From assembly GCA_036677365.1 (NCBI GenBank), contig JAVBWN010000001.1:16664-80663 (forward strand): DNA of 64,000 nt. Direction: 5' to 3'. The first letter of the stretch is position 1. Every line of letters starts with the position of its first letter. The notes beneath the pieces are model-generated. The model made no database searches. It saw only the letters and a list, made by a program, of their open reading frames with translations, and was not told the DNA's origin. A program made the position numbers and the translations under genes. Below, in pieces: positions 31,952 to 40,990 of this stretch. The stretch comes from Acholeplasma sp. Lineage in GTDB: Bacteria; Bacillota_I; Bacilli_A; Acholeplasmatales; UBA5453.

Positions 31952-32947
31952 TTATTTTATTCGACCTAAACCAATGCGTTTATACACTTTTTGAATCTTT
32001 TTATAAGCGACCGCCCGTGCAGCGTCTCTGCCAGCATCTAAGATATCATCGAGTTCTTTCGATGCGAGTAAGGCTTGGTATTTGTCTTGAATTGGTTTTA
32101 AGTATTGTGCCAGTGCCTCTGCCAAATCGGATTTAAATACCGCGTAATTCGAGTCTATGTATTTGTGTTCTAGTTCAGCGATGGTTAAATCACTGATCAA
32201 TGAATAAATCGTAAGCAAGTTTGAAATGCCAGGTTTGTGTTTGACATCAAAATTAATTTTGGTATCGGAATCCGTCACAGCGGATTTGATTTTATTTTTG
32301 ATGGCGTTGATGTCGTCTAAGATATAAATGATGGCTTTTTGGTTATCATCGGACTTACTCATTTTCTTGGTCGGTTCTTGTAAACTCATGATTTTACCAC
32401 CCACTTTAGGGGTAAATGGTTTTGGAACCACGAAGGTTTCACCGTGTTGACTGTTGAAGCGTTCAGCTAAATTTCTTGTAAGCTCTAGGTGTTGTTTTTG
32501 GTCCTCACCCACAGGCACGATATCTGCGTCGTATAATAAGATATCGGCAGCCATCAATGCTGGGTAGGTCAAAAGATTGGAACGGATGCCTTCCATTTGT
32601 TTTTGTTTTTTGTCCTTGTATTGGGTCATTCTTTCAAGTTCAGGGACATAGACTGTAGATTCCATGATATACCCTAACATCGAATGCTCAACCACTTCCG
32701 ATTGAACAAATAAATGGACTTTATTCGGATCTAACCCACACGCCAAATAGAGTGCTGCCAAGCTGCGAATGTTTTTTCTCAGTTGGGTTTTGTCCTGTGG
32801 CACTGTAATCGCGTGTAAGTCCGCGATAAAAATGAAAAATTCTGTGTCTTTTAATTCTTCTTGTAAAGCGATGAATTGTTTGATCGCCCCTAAATAGTTG
32901 CCTAATGTGATTAAGCCTGATGGTTGAATACCTGATACTAAACGCAT
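31952..32947 (-). CDS. trpS: Tryptophan--tRNA ligase
   Basis: SGIQPSG..TLGNYLGA, YPALMAADILLY, VGEDQKQHLE, KMSKS. Confidence 0.98.
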   Translation of the reverse strand: MRLVSGIQPSGLITLGNYLGAIKQFIALQEELKDTEFFIFIADLHAITVPQDKTQLRKNIRSLAALYLACGLDPNKVHLFVQSEVVEHSMLGYIMESTVYVPELERMTQYKDKKQKQMEGIRSNLLTYPALMAADILLYDADIVPVGEDQKQHLELTRNLAERFNSQHGETFVVPKPFTPKVGGKIMSLQEPTKKMSKSDDNQKAIIYILDDINAIKNKIKSAVTDSDTKINFDVKHKPGISNLLTIYSLISDLTIAELEHKYIDSNYAVFKSDLAEALAQYLKPIQDKYQALLASKELDDILDAGRDAARAVAYKKIQKVYKRIGLGRIK

Positions 32948-32964
32948 GATAAATCCTCCTTATA

Positions 32965-33170
32965 AAAATAAAACGCCCTTAGAAAAATATCTAAGGACGA
33001 CAATGTCGCGGTACCACCTTAGTTCTATGGAAAACCATAGCCCTCGAATGTCTTTATAGCCGACCTGCTCATACTCTGTAGGCCCATTCATTTATGTATC
33101 CTTTGAAGGCTCTCACTGTCCCTCCTCGCTTGTAAAGTCATCGATAAATTACTATTCTACGTCTTCGTAT
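32965..33170 (-). promoter_or_regulatory. T-box riboswitch (Trp)
   Basis: Specifier UGG (plus CCA 33084-33086); T-box AAGGTGGTACCGCG (33007-33020); terminator; TTGACA-17-TAAAAT promoter at 33177-33205. Confidence 0.93.
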
Positions 33171-33307
33171 ATGCCTATTTTATGATAAAAACAGGGTTTT
33201 GTCAAAATATTTCCAACCCAAATCGATAGATAGATCAAATGATATCGCTTTAATGGTTTTATGGGTTGACAATATATTTTTTAATAGTATAATTCAACTT
33301 GTTGATA

Positions 33308-33450
33308 TCTCCGAATCCACAGAGTGGGGGACCCATCCATTTCAGGGGTGAATGGCATCATTTAGATACCTAAGGATACTTAATGTCCTGAATCCGTCAG
33401 CTAACCTCATAGGAGTGATTAAGCGTATAAATCATTTATGCGTTTTTTTT
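33308..33450 (+). promoter_or_regulatory. c-di-AMP (ydaO/yuaA) riboswitch with terminator
   Basis: CCGAATCC..GGGGGACCCA..GGGGTGAAT..CCTGAATCCGTCAGCTAACCTC.TAGG; TTGACA-16-TATAAT (33266-33293); hairpin plus U8 at 33421-33450. Confidence 0.9.
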
Positions 33451-33471
33451 GTTTTTAAAGGAGGACAAAAC

Positions 33472-34809
33472 ATGGATGTATACACCCTGATTTTTAAGAT
33501 TTCCATCGTTTTATTGGTGGGATTCATCGGCGCACTCATTGCGAGAAAATTTAAATTACCAAACGTATCCGGTTACTTGGTTTTAGGGCTATTATTGGGA
33601 CCAAGCATGGGACTGATTTTTAAAGGCTACCCAGGATTCCTAACGATTGAAGAAAATAACAGCATGGAATTCATTGGCGAAATCGCACTCGCGTTCATCG
33701 CGTTTTCGATTGGTAGTGAATTCGCCATCAAAGCGATTAAAAAGATGGGCCGCTCGGTCATCATCTTAACCACCACCGAAGTCATCGGTGCGGTAGTCGT
33801 TGTGTTCTTAGCGATGCTATTTTTACCAAAACCTGTGGACATCATCTCAAGCTATCTACCATTTGCGAATCGTAACATCGCCTTTGGTTTAATCCTAGCT
33901 TCAATGTCAGCAGCCACCGCCCCAGCAGCCACACTCATGGTCATCCGTCAATACCGTGCGTATGGACCTGTGACCAAAGCCATTTTGCCCATCACAGCCT
34001 TAGACGACATTTATGGCATCATCACTTTCGGATTTTTCATTTCCATCGCTCAAATATTGGTCCCACAAGGTGCGAACCAACCGGCTTGGTTGATGTTCTC
34101 AAAACCATTCATTGAAGTCTTTGGTTCAGTATTCTATGGGTTACTCATCGGTACCATCATTTCCAAAGCAGCGAACAAGTTTGATAAGAATCGTGACGAT
34201 ATGCAAGTCATCGCACTCATGGCTGTTTTATTCATCATTGGGTCAGTGACGATGATTAACCACTATTTACACCCTTATGGCATTGGATTCTCACAATTGT
34301 TAGCCAACATCATGGTCGGTTCAACGATCGCGAACTTAGCGAAACAACCTCAAAGAAGTTTCACCGCCATCAACGATTTCGCTACCCCATTTTATGTTAT
34401 GTTCTTCACATTGGCAGGGGCTAGCTTGGATTTAGCGGTATTAAAACAAGATACCCTCATCATTTGGATCAGCCTAGTCTATATTTTAGCCCGCGGTAGT
34501 GGTAAAATATTAGGTATCATGGTAGGTGCTTATATCGTCGATTCACCGAAGACCGTTAAAAAGTATTTAGGGATTGCTTTACTACCACAAGGTGGGGTAT
34601 CGCTTGGGTTACTCGTCATTGTTCAAGCACAGATGAGACCGTATTACCCAACCATTTCCACCATCATCATGTTATCGATTTTAGTGTATGAAACTTTTGG
34701 ACCGGTATTTGCGAAATTCTCAATTTCCAAAGCAGGGGAAGTCAATGGACTCGACCGTTTGGATGAAGCATCCAGTCTTGAAGGTTTAGAAACTGCAGGA
34801 GGACATTAA
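33472..34809 (+). CDS. Cation:proton antiporter (CPA family)
   Basis: About 12 TMs; LPNVSGYLVLGLLLGP, ATAPAAT, ALDD, FFTLAG, LLPQGG; AAGGAGG RBS. Confidence 0.9.
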   Translation: MDVYTLIFKISIVLLVGFIGALIARKFKLPNVSGYLVLGLLLGPSMGLIFKGYPGFLTIEENNSMEFIGEIALAFIAFSIGSEFAIKAIKKMGRSVIILTTTEVIGAVVVVFLAMLFLPKPVDIISSYLPFANRNIAFGLILASMSAATAPAATLMVIRQYRAYGPVTKAILPITALDDIYGIITFGFFISIAQILVPQGANQPAWLMFSKPFIEVFGSVFYGLLIGTIISKAANKFDKNRDDMQVIALMAVLFIIGSVTMINHYLHPYGIGFSQLLANIMVGSTIANLAKQPQRSFTAINDFATPFYVMFFTLAGASLDLAVLKQDTLIIWISLVYILARGSGKILGIMVGAYIVDSPKTVKKYLGIALLPQGGVSLGLLVIVQAQMRPYYPTISTIIMLSILVYETFGPVFAKFSISKAGEVNGLDRLDEASSLEGLETAGGH

Positions 34810-34810
34810 T

Positions 34811-35170
34811 ATGCAAGCCTTATTCATCGTCTTAAATGATTTATCTTACCTAGAACAAATCTTATCCAAATTCTTAGACCTCAAAGTCCGTGGCGCTACC
34901 ATCATTGATTCTCAAGGGATGGCATCTGCAATCATGAATTCAGAAGGACTAAACATGTTGCTTACAGGGCCATTCCAACGCACTTTAGATAACGACCAAA
35001 AAGGCTCTAAAACCATTTTCACTGTTATACCAGAACCAGATAAAGTCGAAGAAGTGGTTGCTGAAGTACGAAAGATTGTTGAAAAATCCAAAAAACAAGT
35101 CATCGGATTTATGTTCACTGTCCCAGTGTCGGGCATTTATCCTATGAAACCAAAATTCATCGAAAAATAA
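34811..35170 (+). CDS. PII-like (GlnB superfamily) protein
   Basis: 119 aa; GATIIDSQGM, SKTIFTVI, GFMFTVPV pattern of PII-like proteins; starts 1 nt after the antiporter stop. Confidence 0.7.
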   Translation: MQALFIVLNDLSYLEQILSKFLDLKVRGATIIDSQGMASAIMNSEGLNMLLTGPFQRTLDNDQKGSKTIFTVIPEPDKVEEVVAEVRKIVEKSKKQVIGFMFTVPVSGIYPMKPKFIEK

Positions 35171-35259
35171 CAAAAAGGAATTCATCGTTGTGATGAATTC
35201 CTTTTTCTATACAATACTGAGCAGATATAACTTGTCTAATCTATATTCATACTTTGAGT

Positions 35260-37815
35260 TTATTTTCTTATCGTGTCCATCGGATGATGAAGGAAATAAG
35301 AATATGTTGGAATTAGAGTTGTTACAAAAAAAATGATGATGTTTAAAATAACTAAAATGAATGCGAGATTCCAGTTAAATATGAATAATATGAATCTGAA
35401 ATCATAGTATTTATACAGAAAGTAATTAACGGATTTAAAAGTGAGTATGATTGCTAATAAAGATACAATGTATGAAATAACACATATAAACCCACTTTGC
35501 ACAGCAAAAATCTTTAATATATCAGCAAATGAACTACCTAACGACCTAAGTATACCTATGTTTTTGCGCATAATCACAATATTGTTTGTAATATATTGAT
35601 AGAATAAGAAAAAACTAATCAAGAGCACAACAATACTCACCAAAAATCCTATCATGGACAAACTCTGAAGTTGGTTATTGAAATGAGCATTTGTTTGGTA
35701 TATTGGATTCAATATAACAAGAGAATCTGTAGTACTTAAGGCTGTTAATTGATTATGGCTATCCACTTTAATTAATGCACCTACATAATATTGAATATCG
35801 TATTTTAATACCATCTCATTGTAAAAATCATCAGAGAACACAATACCATTACTTAAATTTAACGTACTATCATCGTAAAATCCATATAATGAAAATTCTC
35901 TGAAACCAAAGATTAAATCAGAAACGCTGACTTTGATGGTTGAAATCAAATTATAGTTGTTATTTATAAAGTTTTTGATAGCTTCAATGCGGAAATAATT
36001 GTAATCATAACCTGGATGATATGCATTATCAGCGTGGGTCATTATGTATGTTTTATAAGTTCCGCTTTCGTTGTTTTCAAAATCAGTTTGGATAGATGGG
36101 TAGTTTAAGTCGACAAAATTATCAATCAAAACATTCAAATCATGAACAATCATGTCACCATATGTATTATGCATTTCTATCATCGAAAAAGGTAGTAAAA
36201 TTTCATTATCGTTTAAATCTCTGTCATTGGATGAAATTATCTGTACATCAGATTGTGATAGATATGATTTTTGAAGCATTAGATAAGATTGAAACATTGT
36301 TAAATCAGATTTAAAACCCAAATTCATTGTTTGTGGAAGTCTGTTTTGTTTCACAGTATCTTTCAAAAACACATTATTAAAATAAGATGGACTAAAAAAA
36401 GTAATTTGATGTACTTCACTCATAATGACAGATTGAAGTTCAATCGATAATTGTAAGGTTTCAATATTGTTTTGATTTAAATCTACCTCAGTATAACGAG
36501 ATGATACAAACCCAGTATCAACAATGCCGACAACAGTAAAATATGAATCTGATATTTCGAATGCCAATCCTAATAAATCTGAATTCGAACTAATGATGAC
36601 AGGGTTTTGATTCAGATCCAAAAATGGGTTTTTCTTAAGAATGTCATATACATGTGCTGTTATTGCAATTTCATCATCATTTTGAGGCAATCTTCCAGCA
36701 CTTAACTTCCAACCTAAATTGATTAAATCCTCTTGATTAATAGAAATTGAACTATTAGATTCATGAATGAATGTATTGTCCTCTGGTGGATTGATAAATC
36801 TATAATTTGGTGAAAAATGATTAAAAATAGGGATAGGATTACCTGGTAAAGCAATGATTTCATCATACGAACTCGTTCGATAAGGTAATAGACTATCGTC
36901 TGAATTCACAAATTTACCAACGACAATAGAGTCATTGTATGCTCTCATTGCTTGATAAGCATTTGAATCCAATTCGTAGTTTGCAATAGAAAAAGGTAGA
37001 CCAAAGAGGATTAATGATAATGTCGACATTAAAAGTGTAATTACTAATTTCATCTTTAACTTATTTATTTGTCTTAATCCTAGGATAGAGACAAATTTGA
37101 GAGAAAGTTTACCCTTTTTCATGGTTAAATTATCCAAAGAATTATGTTCATGTGTAATTGTGTTTCGAATTACCTTACCACCTTCAAGCTCAACAATGTG
37201 ATCATTAAATTGACGAATTGCATCCATATCATGAGAAGCAACCACAAACAGTCTGTCTTTGGACAACCGCTTTATTAATTTCCAGACCATTAAACTCGAC
37301 TCTGAATCTAACGCACCAGTTGGTTCATCAGCAAGAACTATGGGTGCGTTTTTTATCAAGGCACGTGCGATAGCAACTCTTTGCATTTGTCCACCCGATA
37401 GTGTTTTTGAAAGACGTGTTTCAAAACCTTCCAGGTCAACAAGGGATAAAATCTCAGATATTTTTCTTGAATCTTCTGGTTGACCTGATAAAATCATTGC
37501 TATGGATAAATTATCATAAACAGTGATATCATCAATGAGGTTATAATCTTGAAATACTAAACTAACTTGAGAACTTCTATACAAATTTTGATCATATTTT
37601 GATAATGATGTAACTGAAATGTTCTCATAATCAATATTGCCAGAATCTGGTTTATCAATACCGGCGAGCAGGTGTATCAGTGTTGATTTCCCACTGCCCG
37701 ATTTTCCATAAATGCACACCAGACCTGTTTTTGGAAATGATAAACACATATCATTAATTGCTGTGATTGTTTCATTGCCTTGTAAGTATTTTTTTGTTAA
37801 GTGTTTTATTATCAT
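35260..37815 (-). CDS. MacB-like fused ABC ATPase plus FtsX-type permease
   Basis: GKSGSGKS, LSGGQMQRVAIARAL, ADEPTGALD; C-terminal IGILRSLG plus TM helices; visibly more AT-rich than its neighbours. Confidence 0.88.
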   Translation of the reverse strand: MIIKHLTKKYLQGNETITAINDMCLSFPKTGLVCIYGKSGSGKSTLIHLLAGIDKPDSGNIDYENISVTSLSKYDQNLYRSSQVSLVFQDYNLIDDITVYDNLSIAMILSGQPEDSRKISEILSLVDLEGFETRLSKTLSGGQMQRVAIARALIKNAPIVLADEPTGALDSESSLMVWKLIKRLSKDRLFVVASHDMDAIRQFNDHIVELEGGKVIRNTITHEHNSLDNLTMKKGKLSLKFVSILGLRQINKLKMKLVITLLMSTLSLILFGLPFSIANYELDSNAYQAMRAYNDSIVVGKFVNSDDSLLPYRTSSYDEIIALPGNPIPIFNHFSPNYRFINPPEDNTFIHESNSSISINQEDLINLGWKLSAGRLPQNDDEIAITAHVYDILKKNPFLDLNQNPVIISSNSDLLGLAFEISDSYFTVVGIVDTGFVSSRYTEVDLNQNNIETLQLSIELQSVIMSEVHQITFFSPSYFNNVFLKDTVKQNRLPQTMNLGFKSDLTMFQSYLMLQKSYLSQSDVQIISSNDRDLNDNEILLPFSMIEMHNTYGDMIVHDLNVLIDNFVDLNYPSIQTDFENNESGTYKTYIMTHADNAYHPGYDYNYFRIEAIKNFINNNYNLISTIKVSVSDLIFGFREFSLYGFYDDSTLNLSNGIVFSDDFYNEMVLKYDIQYYVGALIKVDSHNQLTALSTTDSLVILNPIYQTNAHFNNQLQSLSMIGFLVSIVVLLISFFLFYQYITNNIVIMRKNIGILRSLGSSFADILKIFAVQSGFICVISYIVSLLAIILTFKSVNYFLYKYYDFRFILFIFNWNLAFILVILNIIIFFVTTLIPTYSYFLHHPMDTIRK

Positions 37816-38160
37816 AGATTCTCCAAACTGGCACTAATAAAAGAGATAAGAGACTTTTACATCCTTATTAACCCACTCATCTGATCCCAAGTTACCACTA
37901 CCTCTATACTTAATTATATAGATATTTGATATTTCAGCAATAGATTAATTTAGATTAAATAGTTATTCATAAAATAATAATAGTTTCTACTGCGATTTGC
38001 TCAAACTTTTCTTATTCAATTTGGTTAACTAGATAATGAGAAATTTTATATGATTGTATTTTTCTACATAAATTGCACTTGTTAGACCAATCTATCCATT
38101 AAAAAAACAGACGCTTTTCAGGTCTGTTTCAGTAAAAATTACTACTAGAAGTCTTAAACT

Positions 38161-39924
38161 CTAGCTTTTTAAGACGTCTTCTAATTGGTCAATCAATTCG
38201 TTGAAACGGTTGATGACGGCTAAGAATGTTTGCTTATCGGTTAAATCTGCACCAGCAATCTTCGCGATGTCGACTGGATAAGCAGAACCACCTGCTTTTA
38301 ACATCTTGATGTAATTGGACATGGCGTTTGGTACACCCTTTTTGACATTTTCATAAATCTTTAAGGATGCACTATAAGACGTTGCGTATTGGTATACATA
38401 GAATGGGGTATGGAATAGGTGAGGGATATAAGCCCAAACATATTGCTTACCATTTTCTTCTGTAATGTCGATATCATAATAATGCTTGTATAAATCAATC
38501 ATGATTTTAGATAAAGCACCTTCCGTGATTGGAATGCCTTTTTCGACCAGTTTGTTCGCTTCATATTCATAAGTAGCGAATAAGGTTTGACGGAAGAAGG
38601 TTGCCATGATGCCATCGATTTCATTTTCTAACAAGACAATCTTATCTTCTTTAGAAGTTGCTTTGGATAACAAGTAATCACCAAGCAAGTGTTCATTGAA
38701 GGTGGACGCGATTTCAGCCACGAAAATGACATAATCCGCAATCGCCATCGGTTGAGCTTCATTGGAGAAAATCGTATGTGCACTGTGTCCTGCTTCGTGA
38801 GCTAGCGTAAATACAGAGTCCAAAGTTTCATCGTGGTTGAGTAAAATGAATGGGTGCCATCCATAGAAACCACTCGAATAAGCGCCAGTGCGTTTACCAT
38901 CTTTAGGCAAGACATCGACAAACCCATCTTCTAAAGCACGTTTTTCATTTTTCACAAACTCAGGGTCTAAACCTTCAAGGGCTTCAAAGAACATCTTTTT
39001 CGCATCCGCATATGGATACTTGGTGTTACTTTCTGCGAGTTTTAAGAAACGGTCATACGTATGATATTTGTCTAAACCGAGGTATTTTTGTCTGAGTTTA
39101 ATGTAGCGTTTGATTGGTCCGACATTTTCATAAGCCACATCTTTTAAGTTCATGAATACCGATACAGGGATGTTATTACCAAATAACTTTGCTTCTAAAG
39201 CGGATGCATAACCTCTGGATTTGTAAGAAGCAGATAGGTTTTGTAAAACCAAATTATAGAGGTTTGCGAACGCATTTTTATTGTCTTTATAACGTTTGAA
39301 TGCGGCTTCAAAGACCAATTGACGGTCTGCTGGATTTTTTAATGTCGGCAAAATCGAGCGGTAGTTCGCGGTCGTGATTTTCATCTTTTCACCGGTCGAT
39401 AACAACACCTCTTCATCGCTTCGATCGCCAACGGCTAAGGCATTATACATCGAGGTTGGGACACTAGAAATTGGTGAATGGAACGCTAAGATGCGTTCAT
39501 TGTCATCCGATAAAACGTGTGCTTGTTGGTGGAATAATTTCTCGATCACAAACTTATACGGTTGTAAACGTGGGTCTCTTTCAACAAAACTTAAAATCAA
39601 ATCTTGACCAGCAGCGATGACTTCAGGTGAAAAATAAGAAGTCACTTGGCTCAATTTGGATAACTTCAACAATACGCTTTGGTATTTCGAACCCAAAACG
39701 TTGTCTCTTAAGTTCAAATCAGCCGCTAAGTGTGCATACGGGTACACCTTATACAATAACTGTGTGATTTCTTCTTCTAAAAGAATATAATCTCTAAACC
39801 CTTCAAAGGTCGATAATTTACCTTTAAAGGCACTAAATTCATCTATTCTAGACTCGAATAAGTCGACATCTTTTTGCCAGGCTTCAAAATCAGGATAGAA
39901 TATGGATAAATCCCATTGGCTCAT
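38161..39924 (-). CDS. pepF: Oligoendopeptidase F (M3B)
   Basis: WDLS, GKRTGAYS, HEAGH, AEIASTFNE, IPHLF..PFYVYQYA. Confidence 0.95.
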   Translation of the reverse strand: MSQWDLSIFYPDFEAWQKDVDLFESRIDEFSAFKGKLSTFEGFRDYILLEEEITQLLYKVYPYAHLAADLNLRDNVLGSKYQSVLLKLSKLSQVTSYFSPEVIAAGQDLILSFVERDPRLQPYKFVIEKLFHQQAHVLSDDNERILAFHSPISSVPTSMYNALAVGDRSDEEVLLSTGEKMKITTANYRSILPTLKNPADRQLVFEAAFKRYKDNKNAFANLYNLVLQNLSASYKSRGYASALEAKLFGNNIPVSVFMNLKDVAYENVGPIKRYIKLRQKYLGLDKYHTYDRFLKLAESNTKYPYADAKKMFFEALEGLDPEFVKNEKRALEDGFVDVLPKDGKRTGAYSSGFYGWHPFILLNHDETLDSVFTLAHEAGHSAHTIFSNEAQPMAIADYVIFVAEIASTFNEHLLGDYLLSKATSKEDKIVLLENEIDGIMATFFRQTLFATYEYEANKLVEKGIPITEGALSKIMIDLYKHYYDIDITEENGKQYVWAYIPHLFHTPFYVYQYATSYSASLKIYENVKKGVPNAMSNYIKMLKAGGSAYPVDIAKIAGADLTDKQTFLAVINRFNELIDQLEDVLKS

Positions 39925-40158
39925 AATATCAAGTTCCTTTCAATATTAGTTAATATTATAATACAAAGTGTGGCCAATAGAAACCTACGATGTTTCATAA
40001 TCCAAAAAAACACACTTGAAATCATACAATTATGTGATATACTACTTGAAACCGTTTTCGAATATTGCTAATTAGAAATATTTCGTATATAATAATTAAG
40101 CAATCAATAAACACAAAGTGCTATAGGACAACACCTATACCCAGAAAGGGGAAAGACC

Positions 40159-40623
40159 ATGATTACAATTTATACTACACCAAGTTGTTCGTCATGTCGA
40201 AAAGCGAAAAAGTGGTTAGAGGAACATCATTTGCCATATGAAGAGAAGAACTTATTCTCCAACCGTATCACAGCCAATGATATCAATTTAATGCTCAGGA
40301 ATGCAGAAAATGGTTTTGAAGACATCATCTCCACCCGTTCAAAGATTTTTAAAGAACAAAATTTGGATGTAGATGCGATGTCAGTGAACCAATTAAAAGA
40401 TTTCATCATCGATAATCCAAGTGTTTTAAAACGTCCAATCATTTTAGACGATCAAAAGATGCAAGTCGGATACAACGATGAAGAAATTAGGGTCTTTATT
40501 CCAAGACGCTTAAGACAACTTGTGATGTGCGCAGACTGTCCAGCAGGCGAAACCTGTGACTATCAAAGTGCCATCAAACGTTATTTTGAAGAAATCAAAA
40601 AAGAACAACAAAAATCCTACTAA
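40159..40623 (+). CDS. spxA: Spx/MgsR-family regulator with a Cys-rich C-terminal tail
   Basis: PSCSSCRKAKKWL, GFEDIISTRS, LKRPII, GYNDEEIR. Confidence 0.9.
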   Translation: MITIYTTPSCSSCRKAKKWLEEHHLPYEEKNLFSNRITANDINLMLRNAENGFEDIISTRSKIFKEQNLDVDAMSVNQLKDFIIDNPSVLKRPIILDDQKMQVGYNDEEIRVFIPRRLRQLVMCADCPAGETCDYQSAIKRYFEEIKKEQQKSY

Positions 40624-40662
40624 CGATGTCCATGCGACATCGTTTTTATTTTCTATTCAGAG

Positions 40663-40714
40663 TGTAAACGATTACAGAAAAGAGATTGACACCGCTAAAA
40701 GTATCGCTTATAAT
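40663..40714 (+). promoter_or_regulatory. Consensus sigmaA promoter with an upstream cre-like site
   Basis: TTGACA (40686-40691), 17-bp spacer, TATAAT (40709-40714); TGTAAACGATTACA at 40663-40676. Confidence 0.85.
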
Positions 40715-40739
40715 GTGGTTGGTATCGTCATCCAATACT

Positions 40740-40872
40740 ATGTCAATCGCAAACCTAGAGCAATCTAGTGACGCAAAGCTATAGGGTCTTTATGAGACAG
40801 CCAGTTGCCATTTCAGAAGCATTTGTGTGGTAACTTCATTTAAAGTCTACACAAATGGTGGGGACTTTTTTT
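40740..40872 (+). promoter_or_regulatory. c-di-GMP-I (GEMM)-class riboswitch with terminator/antiterminator platform
   Basis: GCAAACC-TAGA-GCAA-TCTAG-TGACGCAAAGC-TATAGGGTCT..GAGACAGCCAGTTGCC follows the GEMM consensus; alternative hairpins at 40820-40857 and 40843-40872. Confidence 0.88.
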
Positions 40873-40985
40873 ATTGGAAAGTCAAAGATTTACATAGATC
40901 ATATTGATGGCTTCAAATGATTTATGACACACCCCTCATAGATGTGAAAACATCAAAAAACCACAGGCGGATGACCTGTGGTTTT
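40873..40985 (+). ncRNA. Putative riboswitch-gated structured RNA (read-through segment)
   Basis: Hairpin 40893-40926, C-rich CACACCCCTC, GATGT-GAAA-ACATC tetraloop hairpin 40941-40954, ends at terminator 40957-40985; no RBS-led ORF. Confidence 0.4.
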
Positions 40986-40990
40986 CTATT

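Noticed and set aside
26127-32947. Functional link between the NRPS and flanking tyrS/trpS (tRNA-dependent synthesis or self-resistance)
   Set aside because: Both synthetases look like ordinary T-box-controlled housekeeping copies and the NRPS has its own A domain; adjacency alone is insufficient
40556-40768. 70-aa ORF overlapping the spx end and the riboswitch promoter
   Set aside because: It crosses the spx terminator and the promoter and has no recognisable motif; the region is better explained as regulatory
40827-40927. Micro-ORFs downstream of the GEMM aptamer (a ~30-codon GTG frame; MASNDL)
   Set aside because: No Shine-Dalgarno, and the longer frame starts inside the expression platform; not supportable without Ribo-seq
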